Below are positions 22,674-37,611 of a stretch of DNA of 64,000 bases, piece by piece (the stretch's first letter is position 1; each line of letters opens with the position of its first letter). Source of the stretch: Chrysomallon squamiferum (taxonomy: Eukaryota > Animalia > Mollusca); contig CM022671.1 of the NCBI GenBank assembly GCA_012295275.1, positions 6,944,001-7,008,000 of the forward strand. The letters run 5' to 3'. The translations under genes and the position numbers were made by a program. The notes under the pieces are model-generated. The model did no database searches. It worked only from the letters and a program-made list of their open reading frames with translations, and was not told the DNA's origin.

Positions 22674-22768
<95 letters not shown>

Positions 22769-23469
22769 TTTGTCTGTATCTCTCTGTCTCTGTTTGTGTG
22801 TGTGTGTGTCTATATATATTCAGTGGATAGATTTTCGTAACGAATATTGACTCAACACCACAAAATACGTCACTGTGTCACTGAATTAGTAAAATATCTG
22901 GGAAGAACAGATAGATATTTAATTTTTAATTGCAGGATGAAAACCGATGCGTTATCACAAAAAATGTCCCGAATGTTTCGCCCAATTTGAAAACAACGTT
23001 TTCCTACAAAATTATTTTAAATTCAAGATAACACAGTCCTTAGTAACAGTCTTTTTGTTTTCAATGAAATTCAGTTACTGCTGTTCTGAAGTTGAAAGTA
23101 CATGACATAACACATGCAGAATGAAAAGTAATAGGATAGGATAGGATAGGAAAATAATTAATGCAGAATGAAAAGTAATGGCACCTGGTCCTTTTTATAG
23201 CAATAACCATGTGATCAAAGATGCTCCAGTGTTTTGAGCTAAACAAGACTGGATGAAGAAATGGTCTGATAGATGGGCCTTACTAATCAATTTAACCGTT
23301 GCAGGCTGCATGAAATTATTTTAAAACGTACACATTCATCACAAGTAAGAATAGGGACAATTGACTAATTTCAAATTTTATTTTAATTAACAGGTTTCAT
23401 AAATTCAATATGAATTGAAGATGGCTGCACTTTATTTTTTATTATTGTTATTTTTTAATGTTATTTACC

Positions 23470-24110
23470 TTATAAATTTAACAGCGCTGGCAATATCTTG
23501 AATGGTATCGACGTCTGTCCGCCTGTACACAGTTTGGGGAAATTTTGTGTAGTGCCACTATGAAGTTCAGTGTTATTGGACTGGTCCATGTAGAACGTTG
23601 TCCTCCAGCACAAGTAGCATAACATGCATTTGTTTTGATTCTTTCCACAGCAGTTATCATAGAGGAGGTGAACATTCATCTCCCGAAGGCCGTAGTGTGC
23701 AAAAAACAAATAGTGCATGTATCATATAACTAGATTTGAACCTTTTGAAAATGCCATGCCCTTTTAAGTTATAAATTAAACTTGTTGTAGGAGGGCTTCA
23801 CAGCAGAATCCATAAACTGCAGATTTTCTAGGAGTAAGAAAACTACATTGGACCAGGCTGATATGGATTGTTTGAGAAGTGCACTTGCTGTGCAAAGTCA
23901 AAACTGTAGTGCATTGAAAAATTCTTTGAGTATTTTGTTGTTAGACTTTTTATCTTCTCTGCTGCTGCTGTCTTTAAAAAAAAAAAATGAAATCTGAATC
24001 ATCTCACGACACTGGTCTCTTTGCAAACTGAGAATCCTGAGGTGCTCCTCCAGCTGACAGAATTTCGATGATTTTACAACTTCAGGCAAATTATTGCTTC
24101 GGTAGAAGAC
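23470..24110 (-). mobile_element. Degenerate DNA transposase relic, Sola-like
   Basis: Frameshifted motifs FDFAQQVHFSNNPYQPGPM, LTPRK, KGSNLVI and DNCCGKNQNK..YLCWR resemble the DNCxGQNKN-type catalytic core of Sola-family transposases. The family call is from memory of the motif. Confidence 0.65.
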
Positions 24111-25189
24111 ATGGTTATTTTTATTTAATTTAATTTAATTTTATTTTATTTTTATTTTTTTCTTGACAGGCTTCACAGGGATCATTCATTGGCTTAAACT
24201 TGACAATGTGAGGGACCCATTGTTTCCAAATTGCCTTTAATACACTTAATACCCCCCGGACAACTCCCCCGACAACTACCCCTCCCCAATTTTTCTTCAT
24301 ATATACCATTCAGAATGATTTTCAAGCAACATTCCAATAAATTTGTCAAAATGTTTTGCATTAAACTTGATTAAAGAAATCTGGATTACTAATTCCAATA
24401 AATTAGTCAAAGCTAACTAGAGTTAGCTAATTACTAATTAAACTTGAGTAAAGGCAGTTGGATTACTTTGATCTGCTAAAACATCTTATAAAATATCATC
24501 TAACATCAAACAGTGAGCTAATTACTAATTCAGGCTAATTAAATGCTAAAGCTTCATTTGAACTGGTAAGTGATCTATAACTGAAATGAATGAAACAGTA
24601 TATTAGGTCATGCCTTGTAGCAAAAATATTATATTCTATAAGATGAAGTTCACTGACTGAGGGTGTGGTCATCCAAAACTTGCCTTCGAAAACTATGTGT
24701 ATGTCCGACAGAAGGAACTCGGTAGTTGAGTGATTTCTTACAAGTGTGAAGGAAGAAAGCAACACGTCTGTAAAGCTAAACTTGTGCATCTTCTGTTTCC
24801 TCCTCAGAGCTGCTCTATTCAAAATGTGCAGCAGTGGATTATCTTTGTGTGCCTCTACCAATCGCTCTTTTGCTAGCACCCTGTCCTTTTTGTTGCTCTT
24901 CTCGGCTGAGATGCGGTTTCTTACAGTGTGTCAGTGAGAATCATGCTTTTTGTCCTTTTTCTTGAAGTCGTCTTTTTCTTCGGTGACTTGGGGTATGGTC
25001 GTAGCTGCTCTAGATGTTGTTGTGGTTGCATGCTGATGGAAGGTTGTTGTTGTGGCTGTATGCTGATGGAAGGATGCGGTTGTGGCTGTAGACTGGTGGA
25101 AGGCTGAGGCTGACGACCTGAGGATGAATTAGCTGTCCCGCATGGTTGAATATCAACTGCATTGTAATTCTGCGGTCTGTCCTCTGGCG

Positions 25190-25420
25190 CAGAAGTTAAA
25201 ATTAATCATCAAGGAAAACGTCTCTGTTTATTGGATGTATCCCAGTCTTCTTGAACCTGCTGTTATGTTTGCAGCGGTAAAAACTTTGTAGTATGCTCGT
25301 GCACTGAGGGAAGCAACGTCATAAATGCTGATGCATTTCTCTGGCTGGCTCATCATCCAGACGGTGCATGCAGAGTTATAGCATCACTTTGAAGACCAGC
25401 AGACACTGACATCCAGGAAA
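25190..25420 (-). mobile_element. Degenerate pogo/CENP-B-like (DDE_1) transposase relic
   Basis: Translation FLDVSV..YNSACTVWMMSQPEKCISIYDVASLSARAYYKVFTAANITAG matches the post-catalytic QPLD..Y..W...HPG..I..YD......AF...NI..GF segment of DDE_1 transposases. It contains stop codons. Confidence 0.7.
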
Positions 25421-26768
25421 CAGCACTCTTGTCTATCCTGAAGAAAAAATATACCAGTAATTAATTATCTATGACATAACACTGATTTTATAGCTATGTT
25501 TTCCTTTGATATGCAGTGGTGTCCAATGAGCCACGTGCCCGTGGGACCCAGAAGTTGTTCATCGGACCTCACAGAAGTGGTTCCCAACATCACTGTGATT
25601 TTGTTAGCCAAGTGCACCAGAGAAGCACTAACGGCTGAACAACTAAAACAGTATTTACAAGTCAAAATAAATTACTAACATCAACAACAACAACTGAAAA
25701 ACAGAAACCTTTACAGGCTCTATGAAATATGTATTATCACCCTCAGTATTAAATTGTAACCAAAACACACACACACACACACACACAAAACAAAATAAAA
25801 AATGACTTTAAACCTACTTTTTAACTGGTGTGTTGATGGCCTCCTCTAGAGCTCCCTAAACAATATGGATGAAAGTCATGTGCATAGTAGCTGCAGTGAC
25901 GGTGGACAGATGTCACTACCATTTTGCAGTCAGGAGTTTATGCAACGGCTCAGAGATCCCCATGGGTCATTGATCCCCAGTTTCCCCTGTGCAAAATGTA
26001 GCACTCACGACTCGGCATGGCTGGTAAATACTGCGACGAAAACACGAGTTTTCACCTTTGGTTCTGTGCTAATTACACACCTGGCGGACAAAACGCTTTA
26101 ACAAAATACCTAATAAAGATACTTTTTCTATATCTGTAAGGCAGTTTGGTCAACAGGATGTAAAATATATATACTTAAGTTGCAATTTATCGAGTAAGAA
26201 TTTATTTAATGATTTTTCGTTCTGACCGATATCGCAGGCTGTTACTAAAAATAGCCCCCCCAAGCCAAATTCAGCAATAGAACCTGTGTTGCTATTGATA
26301 ACACAGTCGTAATTTGGTTTATTTTATTGGACACTCATCCACGTTTTGAAAGCGATCTCCTCAATAATCCGATCACACCAGTAAGCGAATTTCAAAAATA
26401 AACACGGATGGTGATTATTTGTGTGTGAAATTACGTGTGAATGAGTTCACAATTATTTATCACGTGATTACATCTGTGACGTCTTAAGACTAGCTATTAA
26501 AAAAGAGGTTTAGTACAAGCGTGATTACGTTAGCTAGTAATTTGATGCTGGCGTTGTTTGTGCTGGTTATGTTGAACTAACACAATGATAGAGTAAACTG
26601 GCAGATTTACTGTTTAAATGATATATCTATTTACAGCTGGCTGTGAGAAAATACACGTAGCAACTTTCAGAGTATATCATACAGAAACCAAACTCTGATT
26701 TGATATATTAAAGGGTACTGGTGTGGTAATACCAATTCAATTATTTATTTATTTTTTAATTTTAATTT

Positions 26769-26805
<37 letters not shown>

Positions 26806-27324
26806 AAATTATTATTATTATTATTATTATTATTGCCTTTGTATTTAGGTACGTCACCGAAGAGTTGTAACCAAACATATACTCGTAGATACAGTTTTCT
26901 TTTTTTATTTTCCTTTGACTATGTCTGTATGGGTGAATTACATGTGTGTAATACCAGAGCAGACACCAAACTGTTGCTAACGTCACACGCTCGTTCTGAC
27001 ATCGTGAAACGTTTCCAGGCAACCAAAGTTAACGTTAAAGTACATCAAACAATAAAATCTCGTTCTCACACAGGTCAATAATTTTATAAAACAAAATAAG
27101 TGCTTAAAACATAAATCACGTTTATTTATTTCATATCAAGTCTGCAAAGCATCTTTTCATTCGTGTTTTAATCACATCCTGGGAAAGCAAAACCTCGCTG
27201 TCTATGTGTAGATAAAATTATATTCACTGTGAAGGATCATAAAAACAGTTTGATCTGAATTGTGTAACATGAAAGTTAAACACAGAAACTCAACCCTTCT
27301 TCAAGTCTGTTTCTATCTAATGTA

Positions 27325-27910
27325 TACACACACACAAAATTCGACCTCACACACACAAACATCCAGACTCATTCATACACACAAACATTCGACTCACTCA
27401 CACACACAAACATCCTGACTCACTCACACACACAAACATCCAGACTCATTCATACACAGACATTCAGACTCACACACACAAATATCCAGACTCACACACA
27501 CACAAACATCCAACTCACTCATACACACAAACATTCGACTCATTCACAAACACAAACATTCGACTCACTGACAAACAAATATCCAGACTCACTCACACAC
27601 ACAAACATTCAGACTCACTCAAACACAGACATTCAGACTCACTCACACACACAGACATTCAGACTCACTCAAACACACAAACATTCAGACTCACTCACAC
27701 ACAAACATTCAGACTCACTCACACACAGACATTCAGACTCACTCACACACAGACATTCAGACTCACTCACACACAAACATTCAGACTCACTCACACACTA
27801 ACATTCAGACTCAAACACACAAACATTCAGACTCACTCACACACAAACATTCATATTCACTCACACACACTAACATTCAGACTCACTCACACACACAAAC
27901 ACTCAGACTC
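27325..27910. repeat. Minisatellite, ~22-24 bp unit (cacacacaaacattcagactcact)
   Basis: Visible tandem array. Confidence 0.9.
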
Positions 27911-28269
27911 GCAGATAAAGATAACACTCACACATGTAGACAGACAGACACACACACACACACCTAAAGAAACAGACAGATAAATACATTGATACACACA
28001 GACGCACACATACACACAACCAGCCAGATCTCGGTAAGAAGTAACGAGACTGAGATATCACCTGTCACTTTTCTACACGAGCGTGAAGTGAGTGAACGCG
28101 CTTATCCTTTCTGAATGTTACAGTCTCAAACAGTGTGTGCAATAGTGTGATTCTATGAATCTGTCTGTGTATCTAAATATCTGTCAGTTAATCCGTATGT
28201 CTGTATGTGTAAGGTTGTATGTATGTGTATGCCTGTGAGTTTGCGTGTGTGAATGTGTGTGTGTGTTTG

Positions 28270-28379
<110 letters not shown>

Positions 28380-28994
28380 TGTGTCTCTGTGTGTGTGTGT
28401 GTGTGTGTGTGAATTTACGAGATATTTATCTCATCTAACGAGCTGGGGAGTGACGTTATGTTTCTAATCACTACATTTGTGTTTTATTGTACGATACTCA
28501 ATACCCACCATCACACTGTGTATGGTTTTCTAAACGATTGTTTCCATGGAAATGGCATAAAACAGATACTTATTTATTGCTGAATGCTGTTTACAAAACC
28601 CATTTGGTTTTGATAGCCAAGTGTTCAGTAAGTGGAGTTTTGTTTTTATTTTAAACATTTTGTCTTTTATCTAGAACAGAATAAATAAACAAACAAACAA
28701 ACAAGCAAATAAACACACATAAAAACAAATATATAAATAAACATATAAATAAATCAATAAATAAATAAATAAAAATGTATATTTGTTCATTTTGTTTAAT
28801 ATTGCTAAGAAAAGAGAAGTTATGACTTATTTGAACTAAACGTGTTCGTCTGGCACCATGTAAAGCAGAAACAAATAATTAAATTAATGAGGCTCTGAGA
28901 AAACGTCTAACACGTGGCTGTATTTCCGATTATTTTGACCACACAGAAAATCAGCAGCACTTTTAAACACGTCAAACTGTTGATATTAATATGC

Positions 28995-29450
28995 GTCAAC
29001 TGTTAACATTAACACGTTAACCATTAGAAAACTATTGTTAACTGTTAACAAATACAGGTTAACTGTTAACATAAAAACGTGTTAACTGTTAACATAAACA
29101 CGTGTTAACTATTAACAAACAATTGTTAACTGTTAACATAAAGTCGTGTTAACTGTTAACATAAAATCGTGTTAACTGTTAACATAAAATCGGTTAACTG
29201 TTAATATAAAAACGTGTTAACTGTTAACATAAAAACATGTTAACTGTTAACAAACACAAACTAACTGCTGACATTAATTTGAGTTAATTATTAACTAAGA
29301 ACTATTAACATGAACTGTTAACAAACATTAGTTAACTGCTAAACAGATACAAATTAACTATTTTAACTGTTAACAAACATTAGTTAACTGCTAAACAGAT
29401 ACAAGTTAAATATGAATACAAAAACGAGTTAAATATTAACAGAAACACGT
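28995..29450. repeat. Minisatellite, ~21-bp unit built from GTTAAC palindromes (gtgttaactgttaacataaaa)
   Basis: Visible tandem array. Confidence 0.85.
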
Positions 29451-29920
29451 CTAAACTACTAACTAGTTCAACTTCGTTCAGCTTGTCGACCGGTCAACTT
29501 ATTACATGGTCACGCGTAAACTTGGTACACATTCAGTCTCGGAAACCACGCGGAAATCGCGTTCTTCGGGCTAAATCTCGCCTATCCCATCCGATGTCTG
29601 TAAGTAGGGGACAATGACCAAGCAGACGACTAAATAAACAAACTATAGTGCTGTTACACTTTGCGTTATTAGATCGAACAAAGTATCTCTTTTAATGGAA
29701 GTGAAAGTAAACACAATAAATAGAAAAGATGTTATCTGTGGCAATTATATCGTGTTTTTCAGAGCTTTGTGACGAGCCAAACACATGAATGGGAAGGACT
29801 TATTGCCTATTAAATGTTAAGTGATACAGAATCATAGGGTTTTGATCGGGTCGAAATGTTTCATTAACAAAATATCTTTGGAAAGAGAGTGCGAACCTAA
29901 TTTGTGTAATAATAATAATA

Positions 29921-29963
<43 letters not shown>

Positions 29964-30259
29964 ACAACAACACTAACAACAATAATTATAATAAAATAAG
30001 TAATAAAACAGGTCAGTTAATTAATTAATATAAAAACACTCGAGAAGCTGATCCTTACAAGGTTTTTTTTCAGTCTGGTGAAGATGCCTGTCACTGAGTT
30101 TGTGCGTTGTGTGCGTGCGTTGTGTTTCTGTGTGTGGGTGGGTGCGTGTGCATGTGCATGTCGATATATATCAGTTATTACAAGAGATAAAATAAGAACA
30201 ACCACGTTATTTATGGTAGGCCTGTGTCGTAACATAACGCAAATACTCAGTGTGCAGTG

Positions 30260-30655
30260 GTAGTAGTAGTATACTGTCACAGCAACTGTAGTAGTAAGGT
30301 CGTAGTGGTAGTAGTAGTATACTGACATTAAATGCAGTAAGATACTTTCACATCAACTGCTGTAGTAAGGTGTTAGTAGTAGTGTACTGTCATACTAACT
30401 GTAGTAGAGAGATTGTAGTAATAGTAGTAGTAGCATAGTGTCATACTAAATGTGTTAGTAGTAATGTACTGTTATACTAACTGTAGTAGTAAGGTTGTAG
30501 TAATAGTAGTAGTAGCATACTGTGACACCAACTGCAGTAATAAGATCATAGTCGTAGTAGTAGCATAATGTCATACTAAATGTGGTAGTAGTAGTATACT
30601 GTCATACTAAATGTAGTGATAAGTTGGTAGTGGTAATATACTGTTGTACTAGTTA
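30260..30655. repeat. Degenerate minisatellite (tagtagtagtatactgtcatactaactg)
   Basis: Visible degenerate tandem units. Confidence 0.75.
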
Positions 30656-31352
30656 TAACATTAAAATGTATTTATTTGTATCTTTTAAATAGTCTCAATG
30701 TTTACTATTCATATTTAGTACAATTAACTTAATCTTTGTTGGAAGTGTGACAATTCAAACTACCAGCTAAACGTAGACCAGAAACGTAAGTAGTAAATTA
30801 CAGAAGCAGGTTAGCTGGTACCAGTGACAGTGGTTGCTGTAGTTGTGATAATACGTTCTAATGATAGTAGTAATAGCAGTTGTAACTGAAGCAGAAAAAG
30901 TAATAACAGTCATTTGTAGCAGAGATCGTAATGGAAGGTAGTATTGGTGATAGTAACTAAATTAACTGAGAGATTGGAGCTGTTATCTGATAGACTCTGA
31001 TGTTAAAAATCACATTTCAGTCATGAAATCTGAACCACATCGACGTTTATGCTGTGTACTAACCACGCTGCCACATTTTAATTGTTAATTAATGTGTTTG
31101 TCCGAGTCAGATAATGGCGTATGCAGCAGCAGCGCAACTGTTATATGATACGTTTATGATTGCTACTTTTCTCTTATTATTAACAACTTCTGAAGTTATT
31201 TAGTTGTTGTTTTTGTTTACTGAATTTTGCAAAATGTAGATACATCTTTACTGTTTTGATGACATTTTTTTGTTTTTTAAATTGTTTCTTGAACATTGAA
31301 TTTGTAAAAATTAAAACACAAATATATAATGAAATAAATAGAACAATAACAA

Positions 31353-31397
<45 letters not shown>

Positions 31398-31614
31398 CAA
31401 AAGGTAATAATAATATTATCTTTAATTCTTATTGTATGGAAAATTGATATGTATAAATTTAAAAAAGAAAATGTTCTAAATTATAAAACTGACAAATCAA
31501 ACAGGTTCACTGAAGAAATCAGTGTATATGAAATGTACAAAAAAGAAAGATAAGAAAATCTTTTAAAAAATATTTATTTGACATGATTCAAATCAGACCA
31601 AGCACAGAAAGACA

Positions 31615-31953
31615 AGAATGTTAAAATATTCACAAATGACAGAATTGATGTTTTTATGTTAAAGTATTCCACAAATGACAGAACTGATGTTTTTATGTTA
31701 AAATATTCCACAAATGATGTTTTTATGTTAAAGTATTCTACAAATGACAGAACTGATGTTTTTATGTTAAAATATTCTACAAATGACAGAACTGATGTTT
31801 TTATGTTAAAATATTCTACAAATGACAGAACTGATGTTTTTATGTTAAAATATTCTACAAATGACAGAACTGATGTTTTTATGTTAAAATATTCTACAAA
31901 TGACAGAACTGATGTTTTTATGTTAAAACATTCTACAAATGACAGAACTGATG
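31615..31953. repeat. 39-bp minisatellite downstream of the PPIL1 stop codon
   Basis: About 8-9 units of tgttaaaatattctacaaatgacagaactgatgttttta. Confidence 0.92.
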
Positions 31954-32241
31954 AATTTCTGCAAATAGCTGAGCACATAAATATATCAGAGTTTGAAGAT
32001 GTGATAATCAACCCTGAAATCACAAAATACTGTTGAGTTGTTATTTCATTTAAAAAAAAAAATAATAATAATAATAATTCCCAACAACAGGAAACATCTC
32101 AGATTTTCAGTAATTTAATTCTCGTCAACACATGCAGAATTATCTCCCCTCTTTAAGAACTGCTGTTCACTGATTTCTGAAACAGTCTCGAGTTTCAAGC
32201 CGTCGTTTTTCTTATTTTTTAAAAGTGAAATTCAAACATCA

Positions 32242-35156
32242 TCATGACGGTGTGATCAATGATCTCACAATTTTAACATCATCAACCGGTCTGTCGTTAT
32301 TGTCAGTCTCCACACACCCCATGCGCTTCACAACCTGCATCCCACTCTGAACACGCCCAAATATCACGTGTTTCCCATCAAGCCACTGGGTTGGTGCGAG
32401 CGTGATGAAGAACTGGCTTCCATTTGTGTTTGGGCCACTGTTTGCCATTGACAGAATTCCAGCCCCTGAAATTACATAATATCTAACATGAATCTAGTGC
32501 AACAGCAAACTCAAAATTGTTCAAAACACAATGTTAATTAAAACAATAACATACAGTTAATTAACTGGTTGCTATTAATTATTTGAAAAATAATGCAGTG
32601 CTAATTTAATAGAAAACAAATAGGTATCCTAATATCAAGCTAAAAGAAAAAAAAATCTTAATAATCCCAGCATTTTAAAAGTAACATAATATTAATTTCA
32701 CAAAATTCTTCCAGTAGTAGTAAGACAGAATTATTCTTTCTTAAAAAAAAAAAAAATAAAAATAATAATAATAGTAATAAATAAAAAAATAAAAAAATAA
32801 AAAAAATAAAATTCAGTATGAGAAAAAACATACATTCACAGTAAAAAGAAAGATAATTAACTTTAGAACAAAAGAAAATCCATAAATGAAAAAGAAAATA
32901 ATACCTGTGTGTTTTAATTCATCTGAGAGTTCATCGTCAAAGTATCTTCCATATATAGAGGCACCACCTCTCCCTGTGATATACAAGATAATATATTATA
33001 GATACCCTTTCCCTGTAATATACAATAATATAAAGATACACCACTCTCCCAGTAATATACAAGATAATGAAACATATATATGTTGTAAATTTTAAAATGT
33101 AAAATATAATTAATACATATATTGTGTATAAAATGTAATGCCAGAAACTCAGACATGCTTTCACAACCCAACTTTGCTTCCATTTTGATAACTGTCAAAA
33201 TTAAAATCATTTTGTGTGATTTGTTAAGTATTTTCATACTATTTATAATAATCAGACTCCTCACATAGTTTTCTCTTAATTTTATGTTTTATGCTATGAA
33301 TGCCTCACATTTCAGTGAAACTGAAAAATTAGTGTGTTGTTTCAGTCCATTGAATCATCACTTCCACTGTTTAAGTAACAGAAGTAGCCATGCAGGGCAG
33401 AAAAAAAATATATAGAAAGCAAAATAATGTTGGAACTTCTGAAAAGAAAATGTTTTGTGACTTGTAAACTTGCTAGAAAAATGAAATACACTCAAATTCA
33501 GATGATGTTTCAGACAGTTGTTCAATATCAATGTTAGTAACAGACTGCTATTCAAAAACTTTCCTACTAATCTTTGTGTAACAATTCCCAATCAGTGATG
33601 ACAAATGTGTAGTGTTTTTAAACAGTGACTGGTTTGACCTAACACTGAGTATTTCTCTCTTACTCTTTCACACAGGGTCTACAGTGCATTCATCTTGGGA
33701 CAAAATACTTATACAAGGAAATTTACCTTGGTAAATACTAAAACGAGATTTTATGGAATTTTTAAACATTTTTGTGTGATTTAAATATAATTAATTATTA
33801 AGTACCTAAATTTAAGAACTTTGAAATGCTGGAGGTTTGTTTAGGGAGCTACAGGTTGGTATTGTGTGTGGAGAGAGACTGGCAGCATATGTCTACTAAA
33901 CTCAGCATAAGATAAAACAAAACATAGGACTGGTTGTAACATTACACACACTGAACAGCTAAGAAACTGACTGACTAACTCTGTGTCAAACAGATAGTGG
34001 CTGTGTTAGTCATTTAAAATGAAACACAACAATTCAAAATGTACATTCAACATCAACAACAATCTCAAACTGTATGCTAAACATAGATTCAGAGTATTAA
34101 ATATTCTACATCTGTTGATGGAACTGGAAATGACCTACATGACCATTTAACACAAAGAGTATGTCTAATGACAGAGTTCCTTTGTATGGGATCATTTGAA
34201 GCTCAGGTCAGTCAATACACTATATCACAGATCAATGATAAAGAATGCTCAGACAGGCAAATCCTAACATAGCTATCTGACAGTGAAAGATCTTACTTGC
34301 TAGACTTTGTGATCTGAAAGCATTTTATTCATGACCTAATCAATATCAAGAGTTTGTAAAATGATTGTTTGTAAAAAGTTAAACAGTAAACTATGCAGTG
34401 CTGTATGTGAACTGTATCTATCAAAACAAACCTGTTCCTGTCGGGTCTCCCCCCTGAATCATGAAGTCTGGAATGATTCTGTGAAATTTGACGCCATTGT
34501 AATATCCACGTCGTGACAACTCTGCAAAGTTTCTACAAGTATTTGGTGCTTGTTTCCAGTACAGTTCAACTATGACAGTGCCCATACTGAAAAGAAATAA
34601 ACAAAGCAAAAAGTATTAATAATAATAATAATAAAATTGAAAAGAATAATCATAAAACAAAAGAAAGATAAATAAATGAGAAACAAATGAGAAACAAATA
34701 AAGATAAAATTTTTCATTTCTTCAATTTCTATTAAATAACAAATATAATTAAAAATTTTATTTAAAACAAATGCAATTAATTTAAAACAATGTACGATTG
34801 TAATCCCCATTATAAACAAAACGGATTAATTTTAAAAATTATTCTTCATTAGTATATGTTTTTATTAAATAATTATAAACATTATATAAAGAATTATTCG
34901 GTTACAAATAAAGTGAAAGAGAATAAAATTCATTATTTAGAAACGAATTAAAATTACTAATTCACTGTGAAATCGTGTAAATGGCATTTGAAAGTTCACT
35001 GATTTATCTTATTTAAAAGATAAATAAATGGGTAAAAAATGACAAGGTTGTATTTTGTTACAGTGAAATATAAATTTGTTCTTACGAAGTTTCTAAAGTA
35101 ACTGATGGTGGTTGCCACGATTTTGAAGGTATTCCGGTGGCGCCAGTTATCGCCAT
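32242..35156 (-). CDS. PPIL1: Peptidyl-prolyl cis-trans isomerase-like 1 (spliceosomal cyclophilin), 172 aa
   Basis: Exons 35156-35086 ([24 protein letters not shown]), 34586-34432 ([51 protein letters not shown]), 32973-32905 ([13 protein letters not shown]) and 32465-32242 ([33 protein letters not shown]..). The WQPP, ELYW and [10 protein letters not shown] motifs are typical of PPIL1. Confidence 0.95.
32955..33075 (-). repeat. Three degenerate ~39-bp copies spanning the PPIL1 exon 3 acceptor
   Basis: Minus-strand tatcacag|ggagaggtggtg, tattacag|ggaaagggtatc and tattactg|ggagagtggtg. Confidence 0.7.
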
Positions 35157-35884
35157 TGTTTTCGTTTGTAAACCTTCTACCCCACTTATCAGAGCATCAT
35201 AGTTTTGTTTCGTTTTGTTTAAATTTAATTTAAATGAAAATTAATTATAATTTTGGTTTATTGGCCTCAGATTATGCTTATTATAATGTTTAAACGATCT
35301 CAGCAGGAGTAGTGACCTGAACATATTATTGGCATTTTCTTTGAAGATAAGACTTTTCTTATAAAAATAAAGGTTCGGTCTGTCAAATGCAGCAGTGTAG
35401 GTAGGATATTACGTTGGAAAGTGTTGTAGTGTTCTTGATTAAATTTCTTTTCATTAAACCAAGCAATTTAGGAGTATAGCCACCTAAATGTTATATTTCA
35501 TGTGCCCTGTGTAAGAAATATATTTAAAAACTCATTTAATTTGTTAACTGAAACAAATATTACTACTAATAAAATAATAAATATTAACTAACTGGAGAAA
35601 ATGCAAGATGGATCTATATTTTTAATATAATTTTATTTCACAAACGCAGAGAAATCATTATTAATTTGTGGATAGTTATTTATATACGTACATACATGAA
35701 TACCGAGAGATTTGTCTACAGAAGAGAGTAGCCAGGAATGTCGTATTTTTTCTTTGCAGATTTATTTTCCTCATTGTCTATCTATTGAAATGTTAGTAAT
35801 ATTTTATAGTCAGTTTTCATCTACTTTGAGCTCCCTGTGGCTTCAGCGGCAGGAAATAGAGAGTTTCTTTCCGAGTTGTATCCT

Positions 35885-36180
35885 ACTATTTAATATTAAC
35901 GAAACACTTATAATTAAATATTTTTTAATATTAATGAAACTATATTACATTTAATATTTATTTAATATTCAGAACAATATTACATTTATTATTTAAAATT
36001 AACGAAACAGTATTACATTTAAATATTTAATATTATCGAAACCAATATTACATTTAATATTTATTCAATATTCAGAACAATATTGCATTCAGTATTTATT
36101 TAATACTCAGAATAATATTACACTTAAAACTGATTAAATATTCAGAACAATATAATATTTAATATCTAATACTTAGAACG
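35885..36180. repeat. AT-rich minisatellite, ~29-33 bp unit, between PPIL1 and CHCHD2
   Basis: Repeated aatattcagaacaatattacatttaatattt. Confidence 0.75.
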
Positions 36181-36745
36181 GTGTTTGATTTGACTCAGTA
36201 TAGTCAAAACAACAGTATGTAGGCTCTGAGCAACAAGCAGCGAAGTCCAGAGTACAATTTAAAAAAAAAAAAAAAAATTAAAAAAAGGTAATAAATGTAT
36301 AAATAAATAAATAAATAAAAATAATAATAACTAAATTAATTAATTAACAACAACAAAACAAACACACACATACAGTAATATAGTATTGAATTGCACATCT
36401 ATTATTCACAAATTGCACTCAACGATATAACGATTTTACTTAATACATTTTTCAAAGTTAAGTTCATGTTATGTTACCTAAACACGTACCTCAGTAGAAC
36501 ATTCGTGACGTTACGTACCGCAACTCATTAAGTACATTTATACTCACTTGATGATAAATTAGTAATATCGTTACGGCTAATCATAAATAGCTGGCATTAC
36601 TCATCACTGATCTGTTTCCTTTCAGATTCAGCTTCATTTATTACGAATTAAGTTCGAAAACAGAAAACACAACCAATATTTGTTAAATAAAAATACTTAA
36701 GGATAATGATAATGAAATTATGAGGTGATTTATAGCACTAAGTTT

Positions 36746-36824
<79 letters not shown>

Positions 36825-37372
36825 TAAACAATTTTTTGAGTCGCCCCATTAGTTTGTCGTCCTCTCCTGTTCCATTTTTATAATTTTCGCAACAAGACTG
36901 AACACACACAGACCGACAGACAGAAAGAAACACAATCACACATACATATATAAACAAAACGTAAATCATTTATAGTTTATTTGATGGTTTTACATCATCT
37001 TTTAAATTAACAAATATATATATTTATGACAACAATTAGTAAATAATAAGACAATGTTTTTCTTATTATTTTTTATTGTTGTTGTTATTGTTATTATTAT
37101 TTATTTTCTTTATTTATTTTCTTTAGAGAAATAGCTAGATAACGTAACTTAACAGCAAAGGATGAGATGATTATTAAAATGATTTAATGCTATGACAGAA
37201 ACACAGAGATTAAAAATAGAAAATTAAAGTTTAACAGCATAATGTTATTAAAGTTTCGCTATTTAAAATCGGCGAATTAATGATTAATGATAATAAAGTT
37301 ATTACACACATTTTGTATGATGTGGTATTGTTTGCTATGCGAATAGGATCGTACATATCGCTTTTTTGTTGT

Positions 37373-37403
<31 letters not shown>

Positions 37404-37524
37404 ATGTGCACATTGCCGTTTTAAGACGCAACACCAAATGCGCAGTTCAGTTCATCTGCGAATCTATATCATTGTTGACACCCTATATAAACAACTAAGT
37501 ATCTGGAACCAGTCCACGAGTAAA

Positions 37525-37532
37525 GCGGAAGT
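37525..37532 (+). promoter_or_regulatory. ETS/GABP-type motif (GCGGAAGT) in the CHCHD2 promoter
   Basis: Consensus CGGAAGT about 85 nt upstream of the ATG, typical of housekeeping and mitochondrial gene promoters. Confidence 0.45.
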
Positions 37533-37611
37533 TGCGAAGTAACGTGCTTTCTAGAACTTCGATAAGTGACAGTAATCGGGATAAGATTTATTTAACAGAA
37601 TATAAGACAAT

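Noticed and set aside
24535-24879. Possible MULE-type transposase fragment or host exon
   Set aside because: Resemblance is too weak to assign without a search.
31574-32036. Repetitive ORFs on both strands (MLKYSTNDRTDVF)n
   Set aside because: By-product of a 39-bp stop-free minisatellite; no splice or promoter support.
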